In this document: piece after piece, positions 28,705 to 42,000 of the stretch
Numbering within the stretch: position 1 is the first letter of the stretch
Layout of the letters: every line of letters starts with the position of its first letter
From: Ruditapes philippinarum
Taxonomy: Eukaryota
Direction of reading: 5' to 3'
DNA length: 64,000 nt
Assembly (NCBI RefSeq): GCF_026571515.1
Contig: NW_026864086.1
Location: 124,001-188,000 of the forward strand
Notes under the pieces: model-generated
Database searches by the model: none
Told to the model about the DNA's origin: nothing
Seen by the model: the letters and a program-made list of their open reading frames with translations, nothing else
Made by a program: the position numbers and the translations under genes

Positions 28705-29488
28705 AAACAAATACCATTGCTTCTATTACTGAGTTTTTTTTTCAAAGTTGGGTATTTTTGTAAAAAGTTTAAAGACCTTAAAAGCAAAGTGCAATAGTCA
28801 GTAAAAGAAACATCATGTGACATTGTCTTCAACAGTTATACAAATATGTTATCGGATGTCATACTCTAAAACGTGAATGCGTGTGTGTGAACGTACGTAT
28901 TTGCTTCTATTGTTTTAGTCAAGGACTCTGTTTTATTGTATTCTACAAGCGGGCAGTATCTTAGGGGAGTTGATGTACGTGAATATTAACAAAAATTGTA
29001 TACCGCTTCTTCATGCAATGTTATTTTAAGGTTATTTCAAGCATTAAACTTCTAAATATAAAAATGTGTTTACTATTTAAGTGTGAGAAAATATTTACTA
29101 CTCAATGAAGACGTGTTGTAAACGGGTCTCAAAAATGTTAGTGATACTTAATTTACTCTGGGATAAATATATATGTCTGGACAGTTTTATCTAATTGAAA
29201 TTATATATAGCAGACAAAATCATTAAATATAGAAACGATATCCATGCATATAGTAAAATAGTAAAAATAGGAAATATGATGGTAGATATACGCGCCTAAT
29301 ATAAAAATGTTACAAGTTCGGTTTGATTTAGCCTGTTCATGAACGGTAGTGGTAAATGCATGCTTCCGTCAATGCCCACTAGCACCGGCTAAATAAGCAA
29401 GTTTTGTCGGACTTTGTGAGAATATACATGGACGTTAGTCAAGTGGTTAATCGTACGATAAACTAAAACACACAAGTGATATGAAGCT

Positions 29489-29688
29489 GTTAACTCTTAC
29501 CACGTTTTATATCTTAAAAAAACTTGTCTATTTTTTAATCAAGAAAGAAACAAAACATTCAGAAATTTTAGGAAAAAAATCTGAATTTGTACTGACTACG
29601 TAGCGAACAGTGCAGACCATGATCAGACGTGACTGCTAATCTTGGTTTGCACTGATCACAAATGTGATATATGGAGACTATGGGTTAA
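29489..29688. mobile_element. degenerate short MITE (ttaac...gggttaa type)
   Basis: ttaactctta ... agcgaacagtgcagaccatgatcagac...atgggttaa. Related 3' halves at about 35020-35100, 43010-43115 and 50110-50226. Confidence 0.5.
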
Positions 29689-29966
29689 TTAAATAATGTA
29701 AAGTGAATAGTATTTACTGTATTATCAAACTTTGGTTAAGGGAGAATGATAGGTATCTGTACCACAACTATTTATGGTTCGTGCTATTGTTTCGATGACA
29801 CATACTGGTCTCAATTATATCGCCTGATGTGTTTAAACTATACATATAATATTTATTCAAGTAATCTTTTTTGAAAGATATCGTCTAAATGCTAATACAC
29901 TTTATTATATATATTTTACAATTACAAATTTTAAAGATTCTTTATATGTATTAAATGTTGAAATGC

Positions 29967-30100
29967 TGAATTCTGCATAAGCCGGTGCTAGGGGGGCATT
30001 GGCGGTAAATTGCATAAAATTACTGTCGTCAATCATAACACTCGATCAAAAAGAGTTTGCACCATTTTCAATTTTTGCCATATTGCGTTCTTTAAGATTT
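29967..30100 (+). ncRNA. element A copy (divergent subfamily; inverted relative at 29305-29390)
   Basis: tgaattctgcataagccggtgctaggggggc. Stem attggcg/cgtcaat (29998-30004/30027-30033). Confidence 0.4.
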
Positions 30101-33100
30101 CCATTATCTTATTATTTTACAACACAATTGTTTTATTTCTTGAAACACAATTGCCCTAGTTACACATGTATTTGGTTCCTACTCTTTTCAGGCCACCATA
30201 AAGTTCTTAAAAACTATTCTACTTTTCTTTTGTATAAATTCTGTTATTCAGAAAATCAAAACAAGTGGCACACCTTTTAAAATACCACTCATTTTAATTT
30301 AATCGAAATGATTTTTTCAAGAGATCATTAATGGAAAAAAATCCCCCAACAGAATATCATTATATCAGTAAACAAATGATGAATGTTATTTTGTTAATGT
30401 TTACTCATTGACACAAAGAAAAATAAGTAAGAACAAATATCGTTATAAAAATAACACTCTAACACCTACGACAAAGTCAGACCTACCGTTTGAGAAATGA
30501 AACCCTTTGAAGTTACGAACATTGTGTTTATGTTTAAGAGTGTTTGTCCTTAAGAGGTTAAGTAGTAATGTTCTAGTACGGAACTTGCTCGTTATAATAT
30601 CATGATACAACATTTTGATCGGACACTAAAAATACGTAAATTGTAAAAGCGTGCACACTTGTTCAGATAATAATGTGTTGACTATCACTTGAATGTGTAG
30701 GATATATTTTCAAGCAAAGGAGTAAAAAAAGGATGTTGTAAAGTTATGAATTGTAGAAAGCATGGAAGTTAAATAGAATGAGTTGTTGTTTTTTGTTTAA
30801 AATGTAAATTAATGTTGCATTAAAAAGAATTCTTGAATTGTAAGACTTACAAAGAGAACAAAGGATCCTATGGAAGTAGAACTTTTGTTATTTTCGTTAT
30901 GGCTTGAATAATGTCTTTGCATGAATCAGTGTTTATGACAAAAAGCGTCAATAGTAACAATAGTGAGTTTACAGACAGTTGCCATTCGTTAGCAGTGTTG
31001 TTTGATGAAGAAAATCATCGCCACAGAAATGAACGAAAGTCGTCGAAAAAGGTAAATACAATGACATACAATTATATTAAAATTTTGTTTTGTTTTATGA
31101 CATCTAAAACAAAAGCCCCCACATTCCTTTGCATTGAAATGATGACTTACCTTCTAAGACTTGTAAATATATCAGAAATAAGACAACTAACAAAACGAGC
31201 AAATGTCGTGGAAACAAGTAATGAAACATATTATTTTGTGATATCATTTGAAATACCTTAAATAATTGTACACTGATATAGTTACACACCTTTCAAAGAA
31301 TGTTTATAGGGACAAAATTATAATAAGATTAACGTGTATATAAGCAATTTCGTATACCATCTGAGAGCGACGACCAATCAAACCCAATCGACTTAATCTG
31401 TTGGAACCGAAAGTTGTTAGGCATTGACATCATTACAGAGCCAGACAACCCTTTACATACTTCCAGTCTTACAAAAAAAATTCATTTGCCATATAAATTA
31501 AATATCTTTTTCCTCCGTTGGCAATTGGTATAATTAAGTATAGTGAATAAGTACTTTGTATGGAAGTCAAAGTACTACTTTGTTTACAATTTGCTTCCTC
31601 TACGACACATGACTGTATGTTAAGGGCTACTTTCTTCAGTTGTTCAACATTTAACATGCTATAAATCTATTATTAAAACATAATTGAACACATATTAATT
31701 ATTTCTGACAAATTAAAACAATATGGTTTCTTAGACATAATGTGCCTTTAAAACATATCAAAATTCAACAAACAGGAAATAAGTACACGACAAGCTTTTA
31801 AATAGCATGTGGACTTGCACGTGTTGTTTGATGAGTTGGTATCTACCTCTGGTTCTGACCCCTTTAACTCAATTATAGTATTTTGATTTTAAAAACCAAA
31901 AACTTTGAATTGACTGTTCAAGATCCAAACCTGGGCAATCAATTATTGCACAAAAATAACTGATTCATTGTTAAAACTTAAAAGAAAGTGAAATAACAAT
32001 GATAACTTCGTGATTACTTTGATTATAAGCATTATGTTACGAATATAGAGGTTATTTTTATCAACAATATCGAACGAGTATGCATACAAAATGTGCACTG
32101 ACCAATGATATAATCACAAAAGCTATACACGTGTCACCATTTCTAGATTTTTACACTCACCGGTGTTCAGGGACGTGTGACCACTATAAAAAGTAACCCC
32201 AAACTTACTCTCAGAATTGTTATTTTTTTCTGGTCTTTCGGGGTCATTAATTCCAATATGATTACTGCTGAAGTTTCAATATTGCATACGTCGGTGTTAG
32301 GGGGCGTAAGAAACCTTCCACTGATCATTATCTCTCAAGACCATACTGAATCAAACCGAGATTTTAATTTCCACATTTTTGATATTATTTTTAGTGGTTT
32401 TGAGGATTCTCCGCAATTTAAGTTACTTTTATTGTACCCTAAAATGATATTATTTTGCATAGTTGCGTATTACGGACTTTTGGATAATAGGAATATTCGG
32501 ATAGAAAAATCTTTGAATGCAAATATATGGCAACAGAGAATTGAGATATACAATATTCATTTCATTTATTTTTTTGTCGATTTGTTTGTCCTGGCATTTT
32601 TTAACTTAAGCATTTGACAAACAAAATATGTTAATGTTACTCATTAAAAAGTGCTTAACCTGAATGAGTACTTAAAAGGTTTCTTGTTTTTATTGAACAA
32701 ATGTAGGAGTGGGAAATTCTTTTTTTTTACTTTTTCGATTTGATAGGTTGTCGTGTATTTCTACACTTCCGTATCACAACTGTCTACTCGAGCTTTGTTA
32801 AAGTCATCGTATCTAACATTTAGTAAACCCATTATGACCATCCAACATCATTTCATTTATTTTTGCATTTTCCTTTGAACGTTATTTCGTATTGTAACAT
32901 GGAGGTAATAAGTGATAAGCCTCACTTTTTAGAGGCTACAATTTAAGTGTGTAAAAAGCTTGTTCAACTATATCTTTGTTTTGACTATTCTAATGTTAAA
33001 AAACTGTTGCATGCATACAATTACTGTATCCCAAATGATTACTTTGTCTTTTGTTTATTCCTTCAATATGTGTATTCATCTATTTTGTACAGAATTGTTT

Positions 33101-35826
33101 TAAACGACTGCAATTGAAGTAATAAATGTTTGTAACAATATAAGGTATGTTTAGTTTTGGATTTTGAGTCACCTGCTAAAAGAGAAAACAACTCGCCTTC
33201 AGGGACAGATGATTATAAAAGTAGGATGACCACTTTCATTTTTCTTTCGTAAATAAGTTTCAATTTTAATTTTCTTTTTTTTCAACATATTAAGCACATT
33301 TTTCTGCATGTTTTTCGCTGCTTTTTTTGCTAATATAAAAATGTAATACTGTACGAAACATATTTAAGTGTACTTTTGTCACGTGAGTTTACTTTAAAAC
33401 TTACGGAAGCGCTAGTTTGAGGTTAAGCTCTAATTGTTTTATTTGATGGTGTTAAAACATTAACCACTTTTACCAATAAAAATGTACTAGTGACTTTGAA
33501 TGTCATTCCGCCCTTAAGCTGATTTAAATTATCTACAACCTTAATGTGTTTAATTAATTCTAAACCCACGTTGTGGCAAAGTTCTTGTCATAAGAAGGTA
33601 TCTTGTAATAATTTTATTGGAATAATATTATATTTTTGTATGGTAGACGATTTAAAAAATACTACTTTTTGTTACCATGCTGTACTCTTGTGAAAAGAAG
33701 ATAACTTGGATCTGTCGTTCTAGCGCAGTTCAAGCTAAATAGGTAGTTATCAAACTTTCATGGTGAACACTTTTCTTGTAATCATCCCTTTTCAACAGGC
33801 AGGGCAAAAGAAGAACACGTAAATTCATTTTAAAATAATTCAAATACTGATTGTAATACATTAAGCAAACCGCTAACTCCAATCTGACTTTCGCCTTGTG
33901 TTGAGAGTGAAATGTCAATGTTGCAGCACAGTCTCGACTTCTAAAACGTTTCATTTTCCTGGTCCCATAATCCGGTTTTGCATTAGGAAATTGTTATTTA
34001 AAATCGACAAATAACACTTAATATTTCATCCTGAGCGGACCTGCACAATAAACTTTAAACAGAAGTGTATATGTAAGATATATCCTATATGATATATATC
34101 TAATTATCACATATGTTTTTATTATCATGAAGTAGAAAGTGATATATCCGAAATAGGCAATACATTTCCGTTTATTTGTTAATTATATCTTACTTTTCTT
34201 AATTATTCAACAGGATCTGTCTACCGATTAAGTCTATCAGTGACAAGTGTTTTTTTCCTAAAACCAGGATGATAAAACTTTATATCAATATGTACATTCA
34301 GGAAACCGCTTTGAACTTTTAAATTGTATTTAAACTTGATTGATATCATGATACTTAATAACATAATTTGTGTTGATATTAACAAGTATTGCATTACTTT
34401 ATCCTACAATCCCAAACCCAGCGGGAATATAACAAGATATAAACTATTAATAAAAAAAGCAACCCAAGGCTACAGATTTGATGAAAACAAGATAATAATT
34501 TATTCCAATCCATCAAGGCTTTATCGTATAAAGATCTTATGAAATTAACACTTAACATATGTAGATATTTTACACCTATAATAAATATATAGGTAATGCC
34601 TCACATAAAACTTTAATGTTGTCTGTTCTTTAGAACGTGTAGAAGAAGATTTGTTTAGCTAGTCTTTGATACTGTTAATAATGTAAAAAAAGGTAAGACA
34701 TCCGCCGGCCTTTAAGTACTATAAGCTCAAGTTAGTTATTTTTTAATTAAAACATATTCTCAAACATATTCATAATACTTTTACTGCTTGCTGAATTTTT
34801 GTAACGAGTTCATCACAATTATATTTGGAACAGCCCCATGGTTTCGAAAGAAAGGTTCAAGTTGAAATATATAGGCTCCCCCGCCCCCAAAAAGATACAA
34901 TGATTGGAAGAAACACGTTATTGTAATCGTAAGATGGGGAACATATCAAATTGTATAGGCTCAAGGAACAGTGATTTCGTATATGCATTTAAAAGCATTT
35001 CAATATCTTAAATAAGAACTACCAATGGTAAAGTGTCTGGTCGGTCAGAATTCACAAGCAAAGGCTTATCACTTATCGCCCCAGCAGCATAATGGTTAAA
35101 AGTCAGAGAGTGTATTTTGTCATGAGATGATATATTATTATACACGAAGAAAATAAATCTTGTAAAACTCGTTTGCTTTTTACTATTTCTCGAGCGTTAC
35201 AAGTACATTGTACTTTCATCGTACTTTAATGACATTGCAAACGATAATTGGTCAATGTTTACTGAAAAGCAATTTAGTGTTTTTTAGGATTTGATCATTT
35301 TTTGAACTTGTCCTAAGCATGATCATTTTCTTCTCTATGTTTGATTTCTTCTTGATGATAGTCAAGGAATAGCTGTTCCCTAACTATAATATACAAATTT
35401 AGAGGTCATTGCATTGAATATATTCGTTCGTAGCGTGTAAAATCTCTGTTGTTTTGTTTGTTGTTGTGATTGATGCCTTGAGTACTACTCTGTTACTATT
35501 GTTTGTAAACCTTTCTGATAAATTAAAATAATTTCATTATTACGTCTCAATGATCAGTTATTATTTTTGTTTAAAACATCACGCACGAGAAAAGTGCTTC
35601 CTTTACAAATGAATGGTTTAGAAACATGTGGGGGATGCCTCTTGTGGTCTGTAATTGAATAAAAGTGTCCTTTGTTCTGGATGAATCATGTCGAAAGAAA
35701 CAAACTAATTTTTGTTGAAGCGAGAAGAACGGCATCATCTGTACTTGTCCAAAAGAAAATTAAAAGCCTTTCCTTATCCAAAAGAACACATTTTAATTTT
35801 ATATATATTCGTTGACATTTACATGT

Positions 35827-36178
35827 TTTATCACACACCCGTGCCGATTTTGCGACTCCGTAAATATGGTATTGCACGGCCGTGCATATATTTTGACGTG
35901 ACGTCATTAGCGTAATACAAACATAGTGTAAAGACGCGCTAAATGTTAGCGTTATACTATAGGCGCGTCAATGAAAAATGACTCTTATTTCACTTTAAAT
36001 GGTCTTTATTTTGGGTATGTGATAAATAGAATATTAAATTCGTGTAAGTTCATTACTGAATTTATTGCACTCGTTGAATAAAATAATATTATGCTCGCCA
36101 GAGGCTCGCATAATATAATTTTATTCAACTCGTGCAATAAATTCAGTATTGAACTTACACTCATTCAATATCCTCTAT
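35827..36178. mobile_element. hairpin element with internal complementary region, inserted in tandem unit 1
   Basis: Absent from the paralogous site at about 43875-43895. Arms of about 60 bp surround GCTCGC-cagag-GCTCGC (36093-36109). Left end tttatcacac, right end aatatcctcta, internal gtgataaa|tagaatatt. Confidence 0.8.
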
Positions 36179-36670
36179 ATATTAGTGCAGTTATAATTAT
36201 CAATGACATGAAATTTATTCCAAGTGGAACTGAGTCGGCGCCGAAATATAATTCACCTAAATGTAATTATAATTAAACACCACGTTGTTTTGTTAAAAGT
36301 GTTGCAATTAAATGAATCTTCTATCATCTTTTTGTATATTTACCTTTAAAATTACATTGTGTATACCATTTGATATATGTAAGAATTCAAATTACAAATT
36401 ACATAAGATATTTAGATGTTTTGTTTCTCTCTTGATAGAGAGAAAATGTTAAGAGGACCACACAAATTTGATTATAATATCTAATATAATATAAAACATA
36501 TTATGCTATAAAATGTTTATTTAAAGGGAATTATATATAGCTTAATTGATTCAGACGAAGAATAGTACTATAAAATCAATAATCTGATAATTTCTTAAAT
36601 CAAAATACCATCTGTCTATGATATGTTAAGTCTTACAAACCCTAAAGAGATATGTATAACTATGAAACAT

Positions 36671-36850
36671 ATCTGACTTGTTAAAATATATATTTAATCT
36701 GACTTGTTAAAATCTATATTTAATCTGACTTGTTAAAATCTATATTTAACCTGACTTGTTAAAATCTATATTTAATCTGACTTTTTTAAATCTATATTTA
36801 ACTGGACTTGTCAAAATCTTTTTTTAATCTGACTTGTTAAAATCTATATT
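36671..36850. repeat. 26-bp minisatellite, about 7 copies
   Basis: (atctgacttgttaaaatctatattta)n. A single copy is present at the paralogous site at about 44575. Confidence 0.92.
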
Positions 36851-37344
36851 TTCACTAATGCATGCATGTAGAATACACATGTTTATATATCAAGAAACTT
36901 ACGGTGAAAATTTTAAGTTAGCTTTATATATTAAGGAATCACTTATGGGTCCGAAATCAGTTGCCTTATACTCAAAATATATAAATTTTGGGCTGATCAA
37001 TATTTTGTTAAGGGACGTTTAAATCCTGTTTCTATTATACTTTCAAAAAAATCATAAAAAAAATCTTCGGTAGATATGAAAGTAAGAATGTGAAAACAAT
37101 TTTGACCAGATATTTTTGTTTCTTTGATAGTATATCTAGCTGTGACCATAAGAATGTTAAAACGATGTAGGTATCCAGATGTTTATATTTGTTTCTGTAG
37201 AGTATTAAGCCAATCTAGTTACATTACGTCCTTAAAATTAACAGAACTTATTTTTTTTTACATTGATATGGTAAAAGTCTTAACAGATAATAATGTTTCT
37301 AATAATTAATTTCTCTGCGATATGCTGTTAGAGCTTAATTGTAG

Positions 37345-38900
37345 TTTACGATAGTTTGTTGGTTAATTAAGCTATTGGTGCGCAAATGTCATTGTCTTTA
37401 TATAATATAAATAACTTGACTCCAGGCCCTCATTTTACAAAAACACAACAACATTGCGCAATAAATGTCGACTAATAAATGTATTGTACTTTTATGTTAA
37501 TAAAAGTATATCAGACCATTTTACATGTTTAGTTAATATATTGCATCATAATTTTGTATTTTGAATCACTTAACGATTTCTCACTATTTAACAATAATCC
37601 AAAATGTGTGATATCTGTAAATAATGTTGACTAACAACTTACGACAGCGCCTGATTAGAAACTAATTATGAGTACATATATTAGATAGATAACATCTAAG
37701 GCAAATATGTAATAAAACGAGTCATTGAGGTTAATACCTGGCTTCAGATTTAGCTTTTGTTTAAAAAGGTGGTATTTATATCCGGAGGAGAGTTTATACT
37801 TTACATCCGCATGTTTTTGGTTAATCATTTATTTAGAAATTATTTATGAATGCGTTTACGTGCATTACACAGTATAAACATATATGAAACTATAAAACTA
37901 GTCCAAAAATTGTGTTTTTAGTTTTTCATTTTCAACAGTATCTTAGTTTCTGTGTTCAATTACAGTTTTTAACTAGTTACTCATTGGACGTACATGTATA
38001 TGTGAGTCATCATCTTTTGTGTTTCTTTTGCGCTATGGCAATTGTTGAGAATTGAGTACCGCTCTTGAGTACCGCTCAAACCGGTGCTAGGGGGCGTGAG
38101 GGATGTTGCACTTATTCAGTATCCCTCATGTACAGACTCAATCAAACCGAGTCTGCAATTCTTACGTAATTTTGTTGTGATTAATGCTTCCGAGGGATCA
38201 CTTTGTTTCCAGATTTTTAAATTGTATTTTACGATAATTTGTTTGTTTATTAAGCTATGGGTGCGCAACGGTCATTGTTTATATCTTTATATAAGATAAA
38301 TAACTTGACTCCAGGCTCACATTTGACAAATACACAACAACATTGCGCAATAAATATCGACTGATAAATATATAGTACTTTTATGGTAATTAGAGTATTT
38401 CAGACCATTTTACATGTTAACTTAATAGATTGCATCATAATTTTATATTTTGAATCACTCAACGATGTTTCACTATTTGACAATAATCCAAAATGTATGA
38501 TATCTGTAAATAATGTAGACTAACAACTAACGACATCGCTTGATTACAAACTAATAAAGTGTCCCTTTATTAGACAGATAGTCAAAAATGAAATAAACGA
38601 GTCATTGAGGTTAATACCAGGAAGGTATTAGTAGTTGGTATTTATATCCGGAGGAGATTTTTATACTTTACATCCGCATGTTTTTGGTTAATCATTTATT
38701 TTAAAATTATTCATGAATGCCTTTACGTACATTATACAGTATAAACATGTATGAAACTATAAAACTAGTCCAAAAATGGTGTTTTTAGTTTTTCATTTTC
38801 AACAGCATCTTAATTTTTGGGTCCTATTACAGTATTTAACTAGTTTCTCATTGGAGGTATATGTGAGTCATCTTTTGTGCACTTTTTTGCACTATGGCAA
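37345..38900. repeat. about 700-bp local duplication inside unit 1 (37345-38042 / 38228-38902)
   Basis: tttacgata...ggtgcgcaa...ctatggcaattg is present twice, with a copy of element A between the two. Confidence 0.9.
38054..38220 (+). ncRNA. element A: best-preserved copy of a dispersed multi-hairpin motif (candidate structured RNA)
   Basis: Stems cgtgagggat/atccctcatg (38095-38104/38121-38130), cagactc/gagtctg (38133-38139/38149-38155) and gtgatt/gatcac (38177-38182/38196-38201), after the conserved ccggtgctagggggc. Expression unknown. Confidence 0.45.
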
Positions 38901-38947
38901 TTGGTACTATCATAGTGATTTAATATTTTGTACGGAAGTCAAAATAT

Positions 38948-39012
38948 CTTACTTCCTCTATTAAAATCATTTCAATGAGGGACTTTAGTGGATTATCTTC
39001 CCTTGATAAAAA
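38948..39012 (+). pseudogene. possible LRR relic (paralogue at about 45871)
   Basis: LTSSIKIISMRDFSGLSSLDK fits IxxIxxxxFxGLxxL and is followed by stops. Confidence 0.3.
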
Positions 39013-42000
39013 CCGAGGTTAACCAAAATGTAAGTAGGTGCAAATATTTGGAATCCTTTGATTATATCGTTGAGTGTTATGTAAGACTTGCTTCCTCTAT
39101 TAAAATTATTTCAATTGAGCGCTATTGTATTATTGTTTTTAGCATTTCCCATGGTCTAAATCCATAATACTGCAACATTAGAAAACACATGTTTTGCTTT
39201 GTAGGACAACTTCTTAGTCTTAATGTGCCTCTACATTTATAGCATACAATTTGCAATATTCTTAGTACCTGTAAAGTAATATTTGATTTTCATTTGATAT
39301 AGTCTTTTAAGGAAACACCACTGAGGTCCAAAAGTCTAAAAACATAAAACTTGAGTTTCCTTCAGAGATCAACTTTGGCACTTTAAACAGAAAGATATGC
39401 AAAAGAAAATTATATCATATACATTTTACGCAGATTAATTTTCAAAATCGTATTTTTGTGTTACTCTTAGTCCGATTTAAAAGAAATGCGTTGCAACGCT
39501 TTTCAATTTTGGGTCAATTTACACAAAAGAATAATTACTCTGGAAAAAGGAATTGAGCGAATTTTTGCACACATCTCATTAAATTGAATGTTAAACTCGA
39601 AAACTTATGTCCAGTCCGTCATATAATAAAAAACCTCAGTAGACTCCCTTTAAGGTTTAAGTATATTAAAATGCTAAACAATACCCAATTTAAATTCATC
39701 TTAATATATTTTGTGTTAATAACCATGCAAAGACTGAAACTTGTCTTTATTTAAATAAATGCCGATAAAATTGCGCTTTGATAGATATTTGAATACACCG
39801 TACACATAGCGAGTTGTAACAATTATTTTTGTGATCGGTCAAGTACCTCGTTTGAAAATTGTTTCCTATGTTTATGGCAATTTTAATACTCCGCTGACAA
39901 TAGAAGACACAAAAATGAACCTGAACCGACACAAGCCATTCATTATGCCACTTTTACAAAATGCAAAGTGCATGAGAGCTGTGTTTCTTGGATAGTAACG
40001 AGAAGCACCACGTGACCCTATCTGAACCCTTCGATACATGCAGTTAGAAAACGCCAATCAAATTTTGTACTCTTAAATGTGTACTTCCGCAAACGCTGAT
40101 TTCTTTCATTGTGATATTAAACAACTGTTACGAGATTTTATCATATACTGTATATGGATGATAATTTGGAATTAGAAGTATTTGTAAAGGCCCAAAAGTA
40201 AACAAAAAAATGGATAAATTTATACCATAGAGATAAGAAGAACAAATATAAAACTTTAGGCTTTTATCAAATTAAGATTTCTACTAATTTCTATTTCCTA
40301 TATTGTATAATTGTTAGTGGTCATTGATAAACAAACACAATGTCATGTTATCATCTCGATGCCTGGATGATGATTAAATTATAATTCATGCACTGTTAGT
40401 AATTATCAACACCTGAGAACACTCAATACACTTTGATATAATCAAATTCGATTTTATTTTGATAGGAATAACAAAATTAGTTTCAATTCTTTTCGGTTAG
40501 ATAAATTGTCCAAATTTACATGTTGATATTTTCATTTCAAGAGTTCCTTGAACAGATTTGAACATGGTTTAGAATTTTGTGGATTAAACAACAGTCTATC
40601 CAAATCAATTATAGAGAAAATAAAAACAAGAATAAGTTTGACATTATCTTATTAAGTTTCTTTTGGCCTAAACCGTTTTTCCAATTCATTTCACACAAAA
40701 CTAAAAGACCCATTTCGAGATATTCCTATATAACTTTTGTTTTTGCCCGAAAACTTGCCAAATTAATTCCATAAAATTCAAGACCCACACAAGCATATCA
40801 AACTTAACATACATTCTATTCTGAAGACATATCAATTTAGGATTTCAGTACAATGTTTTATAGGTCGTTAACAAGAAGGTAGAAATACTCATATCAGGAA
40901 TATAATCTATCTTATGTAATAATACTTTATCATCTCACATTATAAAATTTCGAGAGCGTATAGAAGAAGACAAAGTCTTAAAAGAGGTGTGTAGTTTATT
41001 CGACATCAAACTCTGCCAGATTAATGACAATATTGCCAACAGCTACAAGATTTAAATCTTTATTTTTGTAAAGAATCACTTATACGCCATAACAGCATTG
41101 TAGCATTTCCTCATTAACACGCTTTAAGTTCGAAGGCCATATGAACCTGCAATAAATTAACATTTGTAAGACTGTGTGTTAGAATTTTAAGAACAACAGA
41201 AGATTGTTCAGAAACTGTACTTGACTACTGCTTTAAATAAAGCAGCAATTTTTCTGTTTTCGACCTAAAATTTATATCGAAACGTTGATTTAAAAAGTGC
41301 TAGTTTAAACTTTTGGCGCTAAGATATTTCCTCAAATGCCGAAAAGTTGTAGCTTTTAATCCGACTGCTATGCAAACTTAGTTTCAATGATATTGAAAAT
41401 TTGAAAAGAAATTATCTAAAGCGAGAATACATCTAAATTTGAAACTATACCACAAAAATGAAAATTTGATGATTGCTGATCTTTTTTCAAGACATAATTC
41501 ATCTCATTATTTTTATCAAGTTTGAAATAGCAAAAAAGCTGATCCAGTTAATAAAATTATACATAGACATAAAGCACATCTTACCAGAATGTTAAAGCAC
41601 TGAAATAATAACATATTTGCAATCTGTGTTCCTATTTTAGAATAATCAACTAAACCTTTTTTTTTCAAAACAATTAAATTTGCTTATGAGAATCAAATTG
41701 TAGCTTTTAATTACCCATACTCCTAATAATTAGTTAAAAACACGTGAACGTCTGGCAGATTATTGTAAGACTAAAATTAGGATTATATATGAAATTTGCA
41801 AAACGCACCTGATGATTTACGTATTTATTACACACCTTTGGTGCACGTACGAAAGCGAGTTCGAGGAGGGTCATTTTACAGAGCTGTAAAGTAACTGCAA
41901 GAATTGCTTATCATTTTTAGTAAAGTTTATTAAAATAGATCTAAGTTCTAAAGATAATAAGATATTCTAGAACTAGATTATAACTAAGTACGTTTTTGTG

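Noticed and set aside
32177-32617. 146-aa ORF (and 113-aa ORF 16246-16587) sharing VLGG/WSFG motifs
   Set aside because: These are translations of element A. Other copies have shared stops and non-triplet spacing in this frame.
40860-40885. aggtcgttaacaagaaggtag resembles the SSU rRNA 3' motif AAGTCGTAACAAGGTA
   Set aside because: It has insertions in an invariant motif and no collinear rRNA context.
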